Assembly (NCBI GenBank): GCA_958448555.1
Contig: CAUDEL010000005.1
Location: 18,404 to 82,403 of the forward strand
Direction of reading: 5' to 3'
Source of the DNA: an uncultured Eubacteriales bacterium
Lineage (GTDB): Bacteria; Bacillota; Clostridia; Christensenellales; Aristaeellaceae
Length of the DNA stretch: 64,000 nt
Position 1 is the first letter of the stretch; each line of letters begins with the position of its first letter. Shown one piece after another: positions 37,842-46,633 of this stretch. The notes under the pieces are model-generated. The model saw only the letters and a list, made by a program, of their open reading frames with translations, did no database searches and was not told the origin of the DNA. A program made the translations under genes and the position numbers.

Positions 37842-39022
37842 ACGATCGCGAATTTCGTAACAGGTTGAATCAGGCCCTGCCGGACGCGCCGGAGGTCTTC
37901 CACCGCGCCATGACCGACACGCTGAACGCCATCGTGCGTCAGGAGGGCAGGCGGCGCGCGGCCTCGGCGCGAAAGCTGCGGCGCACGCTGCTCATCGCCG
38001 CCCTCGTTACGCTGCTGCTGGCCTCGGCCGCCGTGGCCGCCTATCATTGGAAGTTGTTTGACGCGGTGTGGTTCTTCAACGCGCCGCCCGCCAGCGAAGG
38101 GGTTGCCCGGCAGTCCAATCTGTTTGAGGGGACGGTCAACGGCGTGGAGGTTACCGTCAACGAGGCCGTCTACGACGGCCGCACCCTCTACCTGATGTGG
38201 ACCTACCGCCTGCCGGAGGTGGACGTGCCGCTGGGCGTAGCTGAGGATGGCACGCCGTTTCTGGGGCTTTCCGAGGAAGCCCACCAGCTGTTGCAGGCGT
38301 ATGACATGCGGCTATGGACCGACCGCATCTGGTTTGACGGCAGGGAGACGGACATGACCACCGCAGGTTCCGGCGGGATGACCACCGGCACCGCCGAGCC
38401 GGGCGTCATCGAGGAATACCGCTACCTGCGGCTGGATAAGGACGATGTCTTTCTGGACGGCAAGCTGGAAGTCGCCTTGCCCATCGGGCCGCCGCCGGAG
38501 GGCTTCTATCCTCCTTCCGAGCACCCCGAAATCTTTGACGAAAACATGCGCATGCGCCTGCCCGACGAGGGTGTCATCACCTTTACGCTGGACGTGACCG
38601 GCATGGCGGACCGCGTGGTGACCGAGCATCCGTGCATCCCCGTCGCGACGGACCTTGTGACCGCCCAGGTGACCGAGGCCTGCTTTTCACCCCTGATGAC
38701 CTATCTCACGCTGGGCCTGGAGGTCAACCCCGACGCGATGGCCGCCTTCATCGAGGCCAACGGCGACGGCTATTACGACGAAGAGGGGCGGCTCATGTGG
38801 TCCTACGGCGGCACGGATGTGTTTGAAGGCTGGCTCTACAGCCTGTCGCTGGTGGACGGTGAGGGCGTGGAGCTGTTCCCGGGGGAGTTTGCGCTTGACG
38901 CCCACGGCAACGAAACGGCCGAATTCATCTATCCCGCCCTGTCCCCATTGCCCGACGAATTGTGGCTGGCCCCCGTCGAAGGCGGCGTGGCCGACATGAC
39001 CGCCGCCGTGCGCGTACGCTGA
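37838..39022 (+). CDS. Putative anti-sigma factor with a large extracytoplasmic domain (DUF4179-like)
   Basis: Its start overlaps the sigma factor stop by ATGA. The TM segment is LLIAALVTLLLASAAVAAY. The protein is 394 aa. Confidence 0.6.
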   Translation: MNDREFRNRLNQALPDAPEVFHRAMTDTLNAIVRQEGRRRAASARKLRRTLLIAALVTLLLASAAVAAYHWKLFDAVWFFNAPPASEGVARQSNLFEGTVNGVEVTVNEAVYDGRTLYLMWTYRLPEVDVPLGVAEDGTPFLGLSEEAHQLLQAYDMRLWTDRIWFDGRETDMTTAGSGGMTTGTAEPGVIEEYRYLRLDKDDVFLDGKLEVALPIGPPPEGFYPPSEHPEIFDENMRMRLPDEGVITFTLDVTGMADRVVTEHPCIPVATDLVTAQVTEACFSPLMTYLTLGLEVNPDAMAAFIEANGDGYYDEEGRLMWSYGGTDVFEGWLYSLSLVDGEGVELFPGEFALDAHGNETAEFIYPALSPLPDELWLAPVEGGVADMTAAVRVR

Positions 39023-39071
39023 CGGCATACCGGCGCCGGGCGGCCGCGTGGCGCTCGCCCGCTTCCTGATT

Positions 39072-39109
39072 GAATGAAAAAGCCCGGTTTTTTCCGGGTT
39101 TTTTCATTC
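39072..39109. terminator. Long A/T-flanked hairpin, bidirectional terminator-like
   Basis: GAATGAAAAAGCCCGG-TTTTTT-CCGGGTTTTTTCATTC is nearly perfectly self-complementary. Confidence 0.75.
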
Positions 39110-39176
39110 GGTGCGCGTATCTTTGCACAGTACGTGTCTGCACATCGTCTATATAGGCGAAGGGGGGAATGAACGC

Positions 39177-40106
39177 ATGGATCGTCAAAGCGACCGGGAC
39201 CTTTGGCTGGAGGAGGCCATGGCCCGATGGGAGGTGCCCCTGCTGCGCACATGCTATCTGCTTGTGAGAGATGTCAACCTGGCCTTTTCCATCGCGCAGG
39301 GCGCGCATTACGAACCCTACGTCCCGGACGCTTCCGAATTGGCCGCCATGGAGGAAACCGCCGCCATGCCCGTCGCCATCGAGCATCCGCAGGCGCCCGG
39401 CGCGGAGGTCCTTTCAGCCTATAATCAGGCGCTTCAAAGCCAAACGCCCTATGGCTATCGCGCGCAGGTGATCTATGCCAGCGATCACACCCTCACGGAT
39501 GACGGCATCGACCTGCCGCCCTATGCTGTCAACAGTACCTATACCGAGGATGGGGCCTGTCACGAAATGCGCGAATTTGAATCGCCGCTTCCCGATGGAC
39601 TTGGTCAAAGGGACCGGCTGGAGCTTCGCATCGCGCTCTATCAATCCGTGCAGACGGTCTACTTTGACGGAGAAAAGTGCTTCTCCGCCATCGAACGCAC
39701 GGAGGCCGGCACGCTCACGGCGACGGTGCCGCGCACGGCAGACGCCACCCTCTCCATGGCCGGAACCGCGCAGTTTGGCGGCGCTTCGTGCACGGCCCGG
39801 GCCCGGGTTTCCCCCATGGCGGCGGTCGTCACCCTCTCCTGTGAGCAGCCGCTGGAAACGCTGCTTGCGCCCCCGCCGGCCTCCGTCGATCCGACGGGCG
39901 CATGGGTGGAAGTGACCGCTGTGGACGAGCAGGGCCGCGTATACAAGCCCGAAACATCCTATCCTCCGGGGGAATCGGAGGTTCAATTCACGCTCCTGGG
40001 CGTGGGCGAGCTGCCCGAAACCCTGACCCTGTACGCCGGTTACCTGTGGGAGGGCGCCGGGGACGAGGCCTTGCAAAGCGTCATCGCGCTCCATCCCGCG
40101 CCGTAG
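39177..40106 (+). CDS. Hybrid protein: the first ~45 aa resemble ECF sigma region 2, and the rest resembles an anti-sigma extracytoplasmic domain. It is a probable fusion relic.
   Basis: ATG 39177 follows GAAGGGGGG. RWEVPLLRTCYLLVRDVNLAFSIAQGA looks like sigma region 2.1-2.2. I see no region 4, TM segment or signal peptide afterwards. Confidence 0.45.
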   Translation: MDRQSDRDLWLEEAMARWEVPLLRTCYLLVRDVNLAFSIAQGAHYEPYVPDASELAAMEETAAMPVAIEHPQAPGAEVLSAYNQALQSQTPYGYRAQVIYASDHTLTDDGIDLPPYAVNSTYTEDGACHEMREFESPLPDGLGQRDRLELRIALYQSVQTVYFDGEKCFSAIERTEAGTLTATVPRTADATLSMAGTAQFGGASCTARARVSPMAAVVTLSCEQPLETLLAPPPASVDPTGAWVEVTAVDEQGRVYKPETSYPPGESEVQFTLLGVGELPETLTLYAGYLWEGAGDEALQSVIALHPAP

Positions 40107-40214
40107 CGTTTCCCTTCCCCTGGCTTCCCACAAAAAAGCAGCGGAACACAATGTCCCGTTGCTTTTGGCTTTTCCCCGTGTTCCGGCCCGGCCCTCCCCC
40201 GCGTTTTCGCAGGC

Positions 40215-40243
40215 TTGCAATTTTCCCCTGAACGGGGTATACT
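40215..40243 (+). promoter_or_regulatory. Sigma-A-type promoter upstream of the TIM-barrel isomerase gene
   Basis: TTGCAA, a 17-nt spacer, then TATACT. The spacer contains the small palindrome CCCCTGAACGGGG. Confidence 0.5.
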
Positions 40244-40305
40244 ATCCACGGTCACGATACAATATGCTACAAGTAAACCAGGAAACAAAAGGAGTGCCTG
40301 CGATC

Positions 40306-41274
40306 ATGAAGCTCTCGGTTTTTAACCCCGTGCTCGGCGACATACCCTTTGAGGAAGCCATGGCGTACCTGGCCGGATGCGGCGTCACCGCGGTGGAAAT
40401 CGGCTGCGGCGGCTATCCCGGAAAGGCGCATTGCGATCCCGCCGTGCTTCTGGAGGACGACGACGCGCTGGCATGGTTTAAGCGTGTGCTCAAAAACAAC
40501 GGACTGGAGCTCGCGGCGCTGAGCACGCACGGCAACCCCGTCCACCCCAATCCCGAGATTGCGGGCCGTTTTCGTCAGGATTACCAAAACGCGGTGCTGC
40601 TGGCCGAAAAGCTGGGCGTAAAGCGCATCGTCGGCTTCAGCGGCTGTCCCGGCGGCAGCCCGCAGGACCGCACCCCCAACTGGGTCACCTGCGCCTGGCC
40701 CGACGATTATCAAAAGATCCTGGACTACCAGTGGGAGCAGGTGCTCATCCCCTACTGGCGCGAAGCGGCCTCCTTCGCCGCCGCGCACGGGGTGGAAAAG
40801 ATCGCGCTGGAAATGCATCCGGGCTTTTGCGTCTATAACCCCGAGACGCTGCTTCGCCTGCGCGCGGCCGTAGGGCCGCTCATCGGCGCAAATTTCGATC
40901 CCAGCCATCTGTTCTGGCAGGGCGTCGATCCCGTCGCGGCCATCCGCTACCTGGGGGATGCCATCTACTTCTTCCATGCCAAGGACACCCGACTGGACGC
41001 GCTCAACGGCGGCGTCAACGGCGTGCTGGACACCAAGCGCTTCACCCGCGAGCGGGAGCGCAGCTGGCTGTTCCGCACCGTGGGCTACGGGCATGACGCG
41101 CTGGTGTGGAAGGACATCGTCTCCAATCTGCGCCTGGTGGGCTACGACGATGTATTGTCCATCGAGCATGAGGACAGCCTGATGTCGCCCCGCGAGGGAT
41201 TGGAAAAGGCCATCGCCTTCCTCAGGGAGATTTTGATGTCTGAGAGCAAAAACAACGACGTTTTCTGGGCCTGA
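40306..41274 (+). CDS. Sugar phosphate isomerase/epimerase (xylose-isomerase-like TIM barrel)
   Basis: ATG 40306 follows AAAAGGAG. The protein contains VTAVEIGCGGYPG, IALEMHPG and LSIEHED. It is 322 aa. Confidence 0.75.
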   Translation: MKLSVFNPVLGDIPFEEAMAYLAGCGVTAVEIGCGGYPGKAHCDPAVLLEDDDALAWFKRVLKNNGLELAALSTHGNPVHPNPEIAGRFRQDYQNAVLLAEKLGVKRIVGFSGCPGGSPQDRTPNWVTCAWPDDYQKILDYQWEQVLIPYWREAASFAAAHGVEKIALEMHPGFCVYNPETLLRLRAAVGPLIGANFDPSHLFWQGVDPVAAIRYLGDAIYFFHAKDTRLDALNGGVNGVLDTKRFTRERERSWLFRTVGYGHDALVWKDIVSNLRLVGYDDVLSIEHEDSLMSPREGLEKAIAFLREILMSESKNNDVFWA

Positions 41275-41295
41275 AGCCAGAAAGGAGCCTGTCCA

Positions 41296-42648
41296 GTGGC
41301 CAGACTGTTTGGAACCGACGGCGTGCGCGGTATCGCCAACACCGAACTCACCTGTGATCTCGCCTTTCGCCTGGGGCAGGCCAGCGCCTATGTGCTGGCC
41401 AGCGACGTACATCGGCCGACCATCCTCGTAGGGCGCGACACGCGCCTGAGCGGCGAGATGCTGGAAAGCGCGCTGGTCGCCGGCATTTGCAGCGTAGGCG
41501 CGCGCGCGGTGCTGGTGGAGGTGCTGCCCACCCCCGCCATCGCTTACCTCACCCGCTTCTATGAGGCCGACGCGGGCGCGGTTATCAGCGCCAGCCACAA
41601 CACCGTCGAGTACAATGGCATCAAGTTCTTTGACAAAAACGGCTATAAGCTGCCCGACGCCATTGAGGACCGCATCGAGGAGATTGTGACCGGCGGTATG
41701 CCCGCCGATTTTGAAATGCCCATCGGCGAGCGCGTGGGCCGCCCCGTGCGCCAGCGCAACGCCACCCGCCGCTATGTGGACTTTGTGAAGGAGACCACCG
41801 GCGTTCGCCTGGACGGCCTGCACGTGGTGCTCGACTGCGCCCAGGGCGCGAGCTATGAGGTCGCGCCCATGGTGTTCAAGGAGCTTGGCGCCAAGGTGAG
41901 CTGCTACTATCACGAGCCCGACGGCACCAACATCAACGACAACTGCGGCTCCACCCACCCGCGCCGCCTGTGCGAGCTGGTGCGCGAGCTGGGCGCGGAT
42001 GTGGGCTTCGCCTTTGACGGCGACGCCGACCGCCTGATGGCCGTGGACGAACGCGGCCAGCTCATCAACGGCGACCAGGTGATGGCCATGCTGGCCCTCT
42101 ACCTCAAGGACCAGGGGCGGCTGAGGCAAAGCACCATTGTGGCCACGGTCATGAGCAACATGGGCCTGGACATCGCCATGAAAAAGCACGGCATCAAGAT
42201 CGAAAAGACCCGCGTGGGCGACCGCTACGTGCTGGAAAAGATGCTCTCCGACGGCTACGTGCTGGGCGGTGAGCAGAGCGGCCACGTGATTCTTTTGGAC
42301 TACAACACCACCGGCGACGGCCTCATCACCGCCGTGCAGGTCATCAGCGCCATGGTGCAGGCGCAGCGCCCCCTGAGCCGTCTGGCCGGTGTGATGCAGA
42401 TGATGCCCCAGAGCCAGTATGCCGCCAACGTGGACGATCACAAAAAATACGACTTTGACAAAAACGAGAAGATCATGCAGAAGATCGCGGAGCTGGAGCG
42501 CAAGTACAAGGACAAGGGCCGTCTGGTGGTGCGCGCCAGCGGCACCGAGCCGCGCGTGCGCGTGATGATCGAGGGTCCCGACCAGCGCGAGATGGACCGC
42601 GACGTCTACGCCCTGAGCAAGCTCATCGAGCGCGAGCTGCGCGGCTGA
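41296..42648 (+). CDS. glmM: Phosphoglucosamine mutase
   Basis: The N-terminus is MARLFGTDGVRG. It has the active-site SASHNTVEYNGIKFF, DGDADR and GGEQSGH. A GTG start follows GAAAGGAG. Confidence 0.93.
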   Translation: MARLFGTDGVRGIANTELTCDLAFRLGQASAYVLASDVHRPTILVGRDTRLSGEMLESALVAGICSVGARAVLVEVLPTPAIAYLTRFYEADAGAVISASHNTVEYNGIKFFDKNGYKLPDAIEDRIEEIVTGGMPADFEMPIGERVGRPVRQRNATRRYVDFVKETTGVRLDGLHVVLDCAQGASYEVAPMVFKELGAKVSCYYHEPDGTNINDNCGSTHPRRLCELVRELGADVGFAFDGDADRLMAVDERGQLINGDQVMAMLALYLKDQGRLRQSTIVATVMSNMGLDIAMKKHGIKIEKTRVGDRYVLEKMLSDGYVLGGEQSGHVILLDYNTTGDGLITAVQVISAMVQAQRPLSRLAGVMQMMPQSQYAANVDDHKKYDFDKNEKIMQKIAELERKYKDKGRLVVRASGTEPRVRVMIEGPDQREMDRDVYALSKLIERELRG

Positions 42649-42714
42649 ACGCCCGCGAACATGATTTGCCCGGTCTCAAAAGAGGCCGGGCGTAGACCGT
42701 TGAAAAAAACCTTG

Positions 42715-42915
42715 TTTTTGGGGGAGAGACGTGTTTCTTGCGCTATTCGAGCGCTTGTAACGCTCGCGAAAAAGTTGTGGCATAAGGCTTTGGGGACCGA
42801 AAAGAAGTGTCAGCCCTGTGGCCTGTTGCCACCGAAGGTGGCAAAGCGACCCGCAGGTGGGGAGCGAAACGAGCGGCGAGCGTGACCAGCGCCCGCCGCG
42901 ACGATTGAGCGACCG
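42715..42915 (+). repeat. Copy B of the roughly 200-bp intergenic repeat, abutting the GC drop at the island edge
   Basis: See copy A. It contains perfect hairpins TTGCCACC-GAA-GGTGGCAA and GAGCG-CTTGTAA-CGCTC. The boundaries are approximate. Confidence 0.7.
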
Positions 42916-43021
42916 AGACTCTACCTCAAGCCACAACAGGGGATGATTGCCCTGTACCCCGCATTTTATCAACAAACTGTGCCTTGCTTCAAAAGAGGCC
43001 AGGCACAGTTTATCGAAGAAG

Positions 43022-44319
43022 TGAACTGCACCCCATTTGTTAGACAGTATGATATACTGGATAATAAGTGGGGTGCTTTATTATGCCAAAAGGAATATCA
43101 AACAAACGGTACACATCAGAGTTTAAGCAACGGGTTGTAGAGGCTGTCATGCAAGATGGTCTCAGTTACAAGGAAGCCGCCAGGGCTCTATGACGTTCAG
43201 GGGCATGACCGAATTCAAAGTCGGGAGCGGATTTATTTGGAAAAAGGTCCAAAAGGCCTTGTTGTAGAGCGACGAGGGCGCAGAGGTACAGGAAGGCCGA
43301 AGAAACTGCCAAGCAAAGTGGAAGAGGATTTGCTCGCTGAAGTTCAGCGGCTGCGTGCGGAAAATGCTTACTTAAAAAACTTGGAAGCCTTGGTTTTGGA
43401 AGACAAGCGACGCCAGCGCAAAAAACGCAGATAGTTCAAAAACTGAGGCAAGAATTCTCGCTGTCGCTTCTGCTCGAAATCGCTCAACTTCCTCGCGCTA
43501 CCTTCTACTATCATCTGAAGCGGATGAGGGTACCAGACAAATACAAGGAAGTCAAAGCAGAAATCACCCTGATTTATCATGAGAACAAAGGGCGGTACGG
43601 GTATCGCCGTATCACGACGGAGTTGCATAACCGCGGATTTTCTTGTAATCACAAGACTGTCCAGCAGCTCATGAGAGAGCTGGGCTTAGTCTGCCGTGTC
43701 AGAATCAAGAAGTATCGTTCTTACAAAGGAGAAGTTGGTAAAATTGCTTCTAATTTATTGAATCGGGAATTCGGTGCGGAAAGCCAAACCTGAAATGGGT
43801 TACCGATGTGACGGAGTTCAATCTTTTCGGTCAGAAACTGTACCTTTCTCCGATCCTGGATTTACACAATGGTTATCTGGTCAGCTATACGCTTTTTCAA
43901 CGTCCCGTTCTAAGCATGGTGACCACCATGTTGGAGAAGGCTTTTGAAACCATACCGGACGGGACGGATCTGATTCTCCACTCAGACCAGGGGTGGCAAT
44001 ACCAGCACAAGCAGTACCAGAGAATGCTCAGAAAGAAGGGTATCCGACAAAGCATGAGCCGTAAAGGGAATTGTTTGGATAATGCTGTATATGGAAAATT
44101 TCTTTGGTCTACTTAAAAGTGAACTGCTGTATCTCCAGAAATTCGAATCCATGGAACACTTTAAGCTGGAACTGCTGGATTATCTGGACTACTACAACAA
44201 TCGCCGCATAAAGGCAAAGCCAAAGGGCTTGCCGCCTGCGATTCACAGACAACTAGCCCTTTTGGCTGCCTAAACAATTTTTGCTTTCAAATATTGTCTA
44301 ACTTTTTGGGGCCACTTCA
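43022..44319 (+). mobile_element. IS3-family (IS150-like) insertion sequence, decayed
   Basis: The imperfect terminal inverted repeats are TGAACTGCACCCCATTTGTTAGACAGTAT (left) and the reverse complement of ATATTGTCTAACTTTTTGGGGCCACTTCA (right). The element is about 1.3 kb with an orfA/orfB layout and an A-run (GCAAAAAACG) at the expected -1 frameshift site. Confidence 0.8.
43083..44273 (+). pseudogene. IS3-family OrfAB transposase with extra frameshifts
   Basis: The HTH N-terminus MPKGISNKRYTSEFKQRVVEAV...EAARAL stops at TGA, then continues in another frame (YDVQGHDRIQ...). The DDE part is split at GAESQT*/PNLKWVTDVTEF and at DNAV(TA)MENFFG. These are three disruptions beyond the programmed shift. 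Confidence 0.75.
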
Positions 44320-44587
44320 AATGATAGGCCCGTATTTCGCCCGGCTGGAAAGGCATCTGGGACAGATGAAGAAGTATCAAGCCACCATTGACTACTTGAC
44401 GCAGGAGAACATGGGCCTGAAACAAAAAGTCAACGACGAAAAGAGCATCCAAAAGCGGGTGGAAGTATTGGAGCTGAAAAAGGAAAACGAGCGGCTCCGA
44501 CGATTTGTGGAAAGTATTCCTCAGGAGATCAGACAGGCGTTTCAAGAGCGGCAGAGGGAGCTGCCTGCTAAAGCTCCCCACCGATAG
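44320..44587 (+). pseudogene. Probable 3' relic of a MobV/Pre-type relaxase gene truncated by the IS
   Basis: The coiled-coil tail ...ENERLRRFVESIPQEIRQAFQERQRE resembles the tail of the intact relaxase at 56241-57206 (...QQLERLLRKIPPEVLEELQKQNR). The frame begins at the IS end. Confidence 0.35.
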
Positions 44588-44613
44588 CCATTTTCTCAAG
44601 AAAGGAGGTACAT

Positions 44614-44820
44614 TTGGGCGGAAGGAAGAAGCTCACGAATAACACCGGCATGCCCTAGCACCGGATCGAGGCGATAGCACGCTGCATCCTCCCGGATATT
44701 CTTGCTTTCTATGAAAGTGAGGAAGGCCAGAGGGAATTTGCTGAATGGAAGAAGCAAAGGGAACTGGAAAAGCAGGAGGTCAAAGCAGATAAGGACGAAA
44801 AAAGAGCGGGCGCACCGTGA
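44614..44820 (+). pseudogene. Small ORF (68 codons) with an in-frame TAG at 44656-44658
   Basis: TTG follows AAAGGAGG. The ORF reads LGGRKKLTNNTGMP*HRIEAIARCILPDILAFYESEEGQREFAEWKKQ...GAP*. It is not in the ORF track. Confidence 0.3.
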
Positions 44821-44940
44821 AAACGGCTACGTCCGCCTTTTTTGCGTCTATGGAGTTATTGCTTCTTCCGAAGGACTCTCGGCTTGGAGACAGGCTTGCG
44901 CCTTATCCCGTTGCGAAAGTAGGTACTTTCATACGGATCG

Positions 44941-44999
44941 AAAAAAACCAATAATCCGAACCCATTTCCTATCGGAAACAAGTTCGGATTATATTGGTT
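44941..44999 (-). terminator. Hairpin plus T run immediately downstream of the tRNA fragment
   Basis: On the minus strand it reads AACCAATATAATCCGAAC...GTTCGGATTATTGGTT followed by T7. Confidence 0.6.
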
Positions 45000-45044
45000 T
45001 GGTGAGCCCGGCGGGATTCGAACCCACGACCTTTTGATTCGTAG
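45000..45044 (-). tRNA. 3' half only of tRNA-Arg(ACG): anticodon loop through CCA, with no 5' half
   Basis: The minus strand reads CTACGAA-TCAAA-AGGTC-GTGGG-TTCGAAT-CCCGC-CGGGCTC-A-CCA. The upstream sequence (ACAAA) cannot pair with the anticodon-stem 3' strand. No GAGCCCG acceptor 5' strand is present. Confidence 0.7.
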
Positions 45045-45390
45045 TTTGTATAAACCAATAGACTGATATAGCATGTTTGTGGTATCTGAATGAAAGTATC
45101 TGAGGACTCATCTGCTATTCAACACAAAGGCGGAGGGGATTTTGCTAGGCAATATATCTTACTTTTTAAACGATACCCTTTATTTTTACATCTTCCCCCT
45201 TAGCGGCTTATCAAAAACGGTAAGCCGCTTTGCTTTTTGAGTTTCGGGAAAAGAAAACCTTCCATTTGTCAATAAAAGCACCCAAAAAGGTGTTCGCCTA
45301 TCGCACACCCATTGCTGCTACAATAGGGTCACAAGGTTGAGGGACACCAACGCAAAGCCTTGAATCGCAAGCAATGAAGGGAATGATTTG

Positions 45391-45846
45391 ATGGAAACTT
45401 CCGCCTCTGAAAATGGTATCCGCAAGATTGACCGCATCCACAAGAAGGTTCTGGTCACCAAGGACTTTCTGATTAAGGGAAGCCAGTATGGCACGGCTCA
45501 ATTTGAACTGTATGAGAAGCTGAAAGAAACCTACCCCGGCTTTTCTATTGAGGTGGCAAAGCTGCGTCACAACACCGGCAAGCAGACCTATGCCAACCTG
45601 ACCTACAAGCGGATGGAGGATTTCATGCAGGGGCATGAAACTGATCCGCAAAAGCTGCTTGAAGTGCAGGCTGAATATAGAGAGCTGCGGGAACTGCTCG
45701 CAGGAAAAAAAGGCGCATATGTGCAGGTCAAGAGGTGGTTTCTCGATAAGTACAAGGACGAACTGAAACGCATCCGCGACGAAGAAGAAAGCACCAAACA
45801 CGCCCAGATAACCGCTCGTCTCATCTATACCCCTGCCGCGCAGTAA
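45391..45846 (+). CDS. Hypothetical protein (paralog of the next gene)
   Basis: ATG lies 8 nt after GAAGGGA. The shared pattern with 45865-46380 is IDR..V.V...F, LT+..ME.F and Y..V..WF..KY. Confidence 0.55.
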   Translation: METSASENGIRKIDRIHKKVLVTKDFLIKGSQYGTAQFELYEKLKETYPGFSIEVAKLRHNTGKQTYANLTYKRMEDFMQGHETDPQKLLEVQAEYRELRELLAGKKGAYVQVKRWFLDKYKDELKRIRDEEESTKHAQITARLIYTPAAQ

Positions 45847-45864
45847 CGGAAAGGAGCCATGATA

Positions 45865-46380
45865 ATGACTAACAAGGAAATGATGCTTGCCGCCCTCAAG
45901 GATTCTGGTCATTTTATCGACCGTGAGAACAATGTGGTCTATGTGAGCCCAAAATTCAACCATGAGGCGGAAAAATTTGATACCGATGAGTGCAAGACGC
46001 TGGATGCCGTAATGAAGCGTTTCCCGAAGATGACCATCAGGGAGTATGTTCCCAAGCGCAAAGCCCGACTGACCTTTCAAGCCATGGAAGTGTTCATTTG
46101 CCAGATGCCCAACGCAGAAAAGAACTATGATGAGTTCATGCGGCTGCGCAAGACGGCCCCTGCGTCTCACCGCAATCCCTATAAGGCCGTATGTGATTGG
46201 TTTGAGAAGAAGTACCCCTATTATGGCAAATCCATCGTGTATAACGATGAGGGAAGGCAGGTGTGGAACCTTGTGGAAGCATCCCGCCTTGCGAAGGAAG
46301 AACAGGCCCGGCGGGCGGCTGCGAATGAATGCAACGTGATTCCCATGCCTTCCGCGGCGGACAACGCCATCAGCGCATGA
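45865..46380 (+). CDS. Hypothetical protein (paralog of the previous gene)
   Basis: ATG 45865 lies 8 nt after AAGGAG, and 45859 is an alternative. The protein is 171 aa. Confidence 0.55.
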   Translation: MTNKEMMLAALKDSGHFIDRENNVVYVSPKFNHEAEKFDTDECKTLDAVMKRFPKMTIREYVPKRKARLTFQAMEVFICQMPNAEKNYDEFMRLRKTAPASHRNPYKAVCDWFEKKYPYYGKSIVYNDEGRQVWNLVEASRLAKEEQARRAAANECNVIPMPSAADNAISA

Positions 46381-46633
46381 TGGACGAAACGAATCCGCAA
46401 AGGCAATATCTTTCGTCTTTTCTGTATGGGTTTGTCCGATGGGACGGAAACAGCAATCCGCCAAAAGAAAAAAGGTGCCCGTGCCGACAAGCGGCACAGA
46501 CACCCGGAATTTACCATTTTGGAACTGCGTGAGCCGAAGGCGAGCGACAGTTCTTTTTTTGTAAAAAAGCGTTTGCCAAAAATGGGGGCATCTATAATAT
46601 AGACACCCCTGTTTTTGGCAGTTTGTTTGGTTG

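Noticed and set aside
40267-42441. 724-aa ORF on the minus strand spanning the isomerase and glmM region
   Set aside because: It is antisense to two genes with clear family motifs and RBSs. Its Ala/Gly/His/Val-rich composition is typical of antisense frames in GC-rich DNA. It has no RBS and no recognisable domain.
45000-45085. Complete tRNA gene on the minus strand
   Set aside because: Only the 3' 45 nt fold as a tRNA. The sequence 5' of the anticodon loop cannot form the anticodon stem, D arm or acceptor stem.
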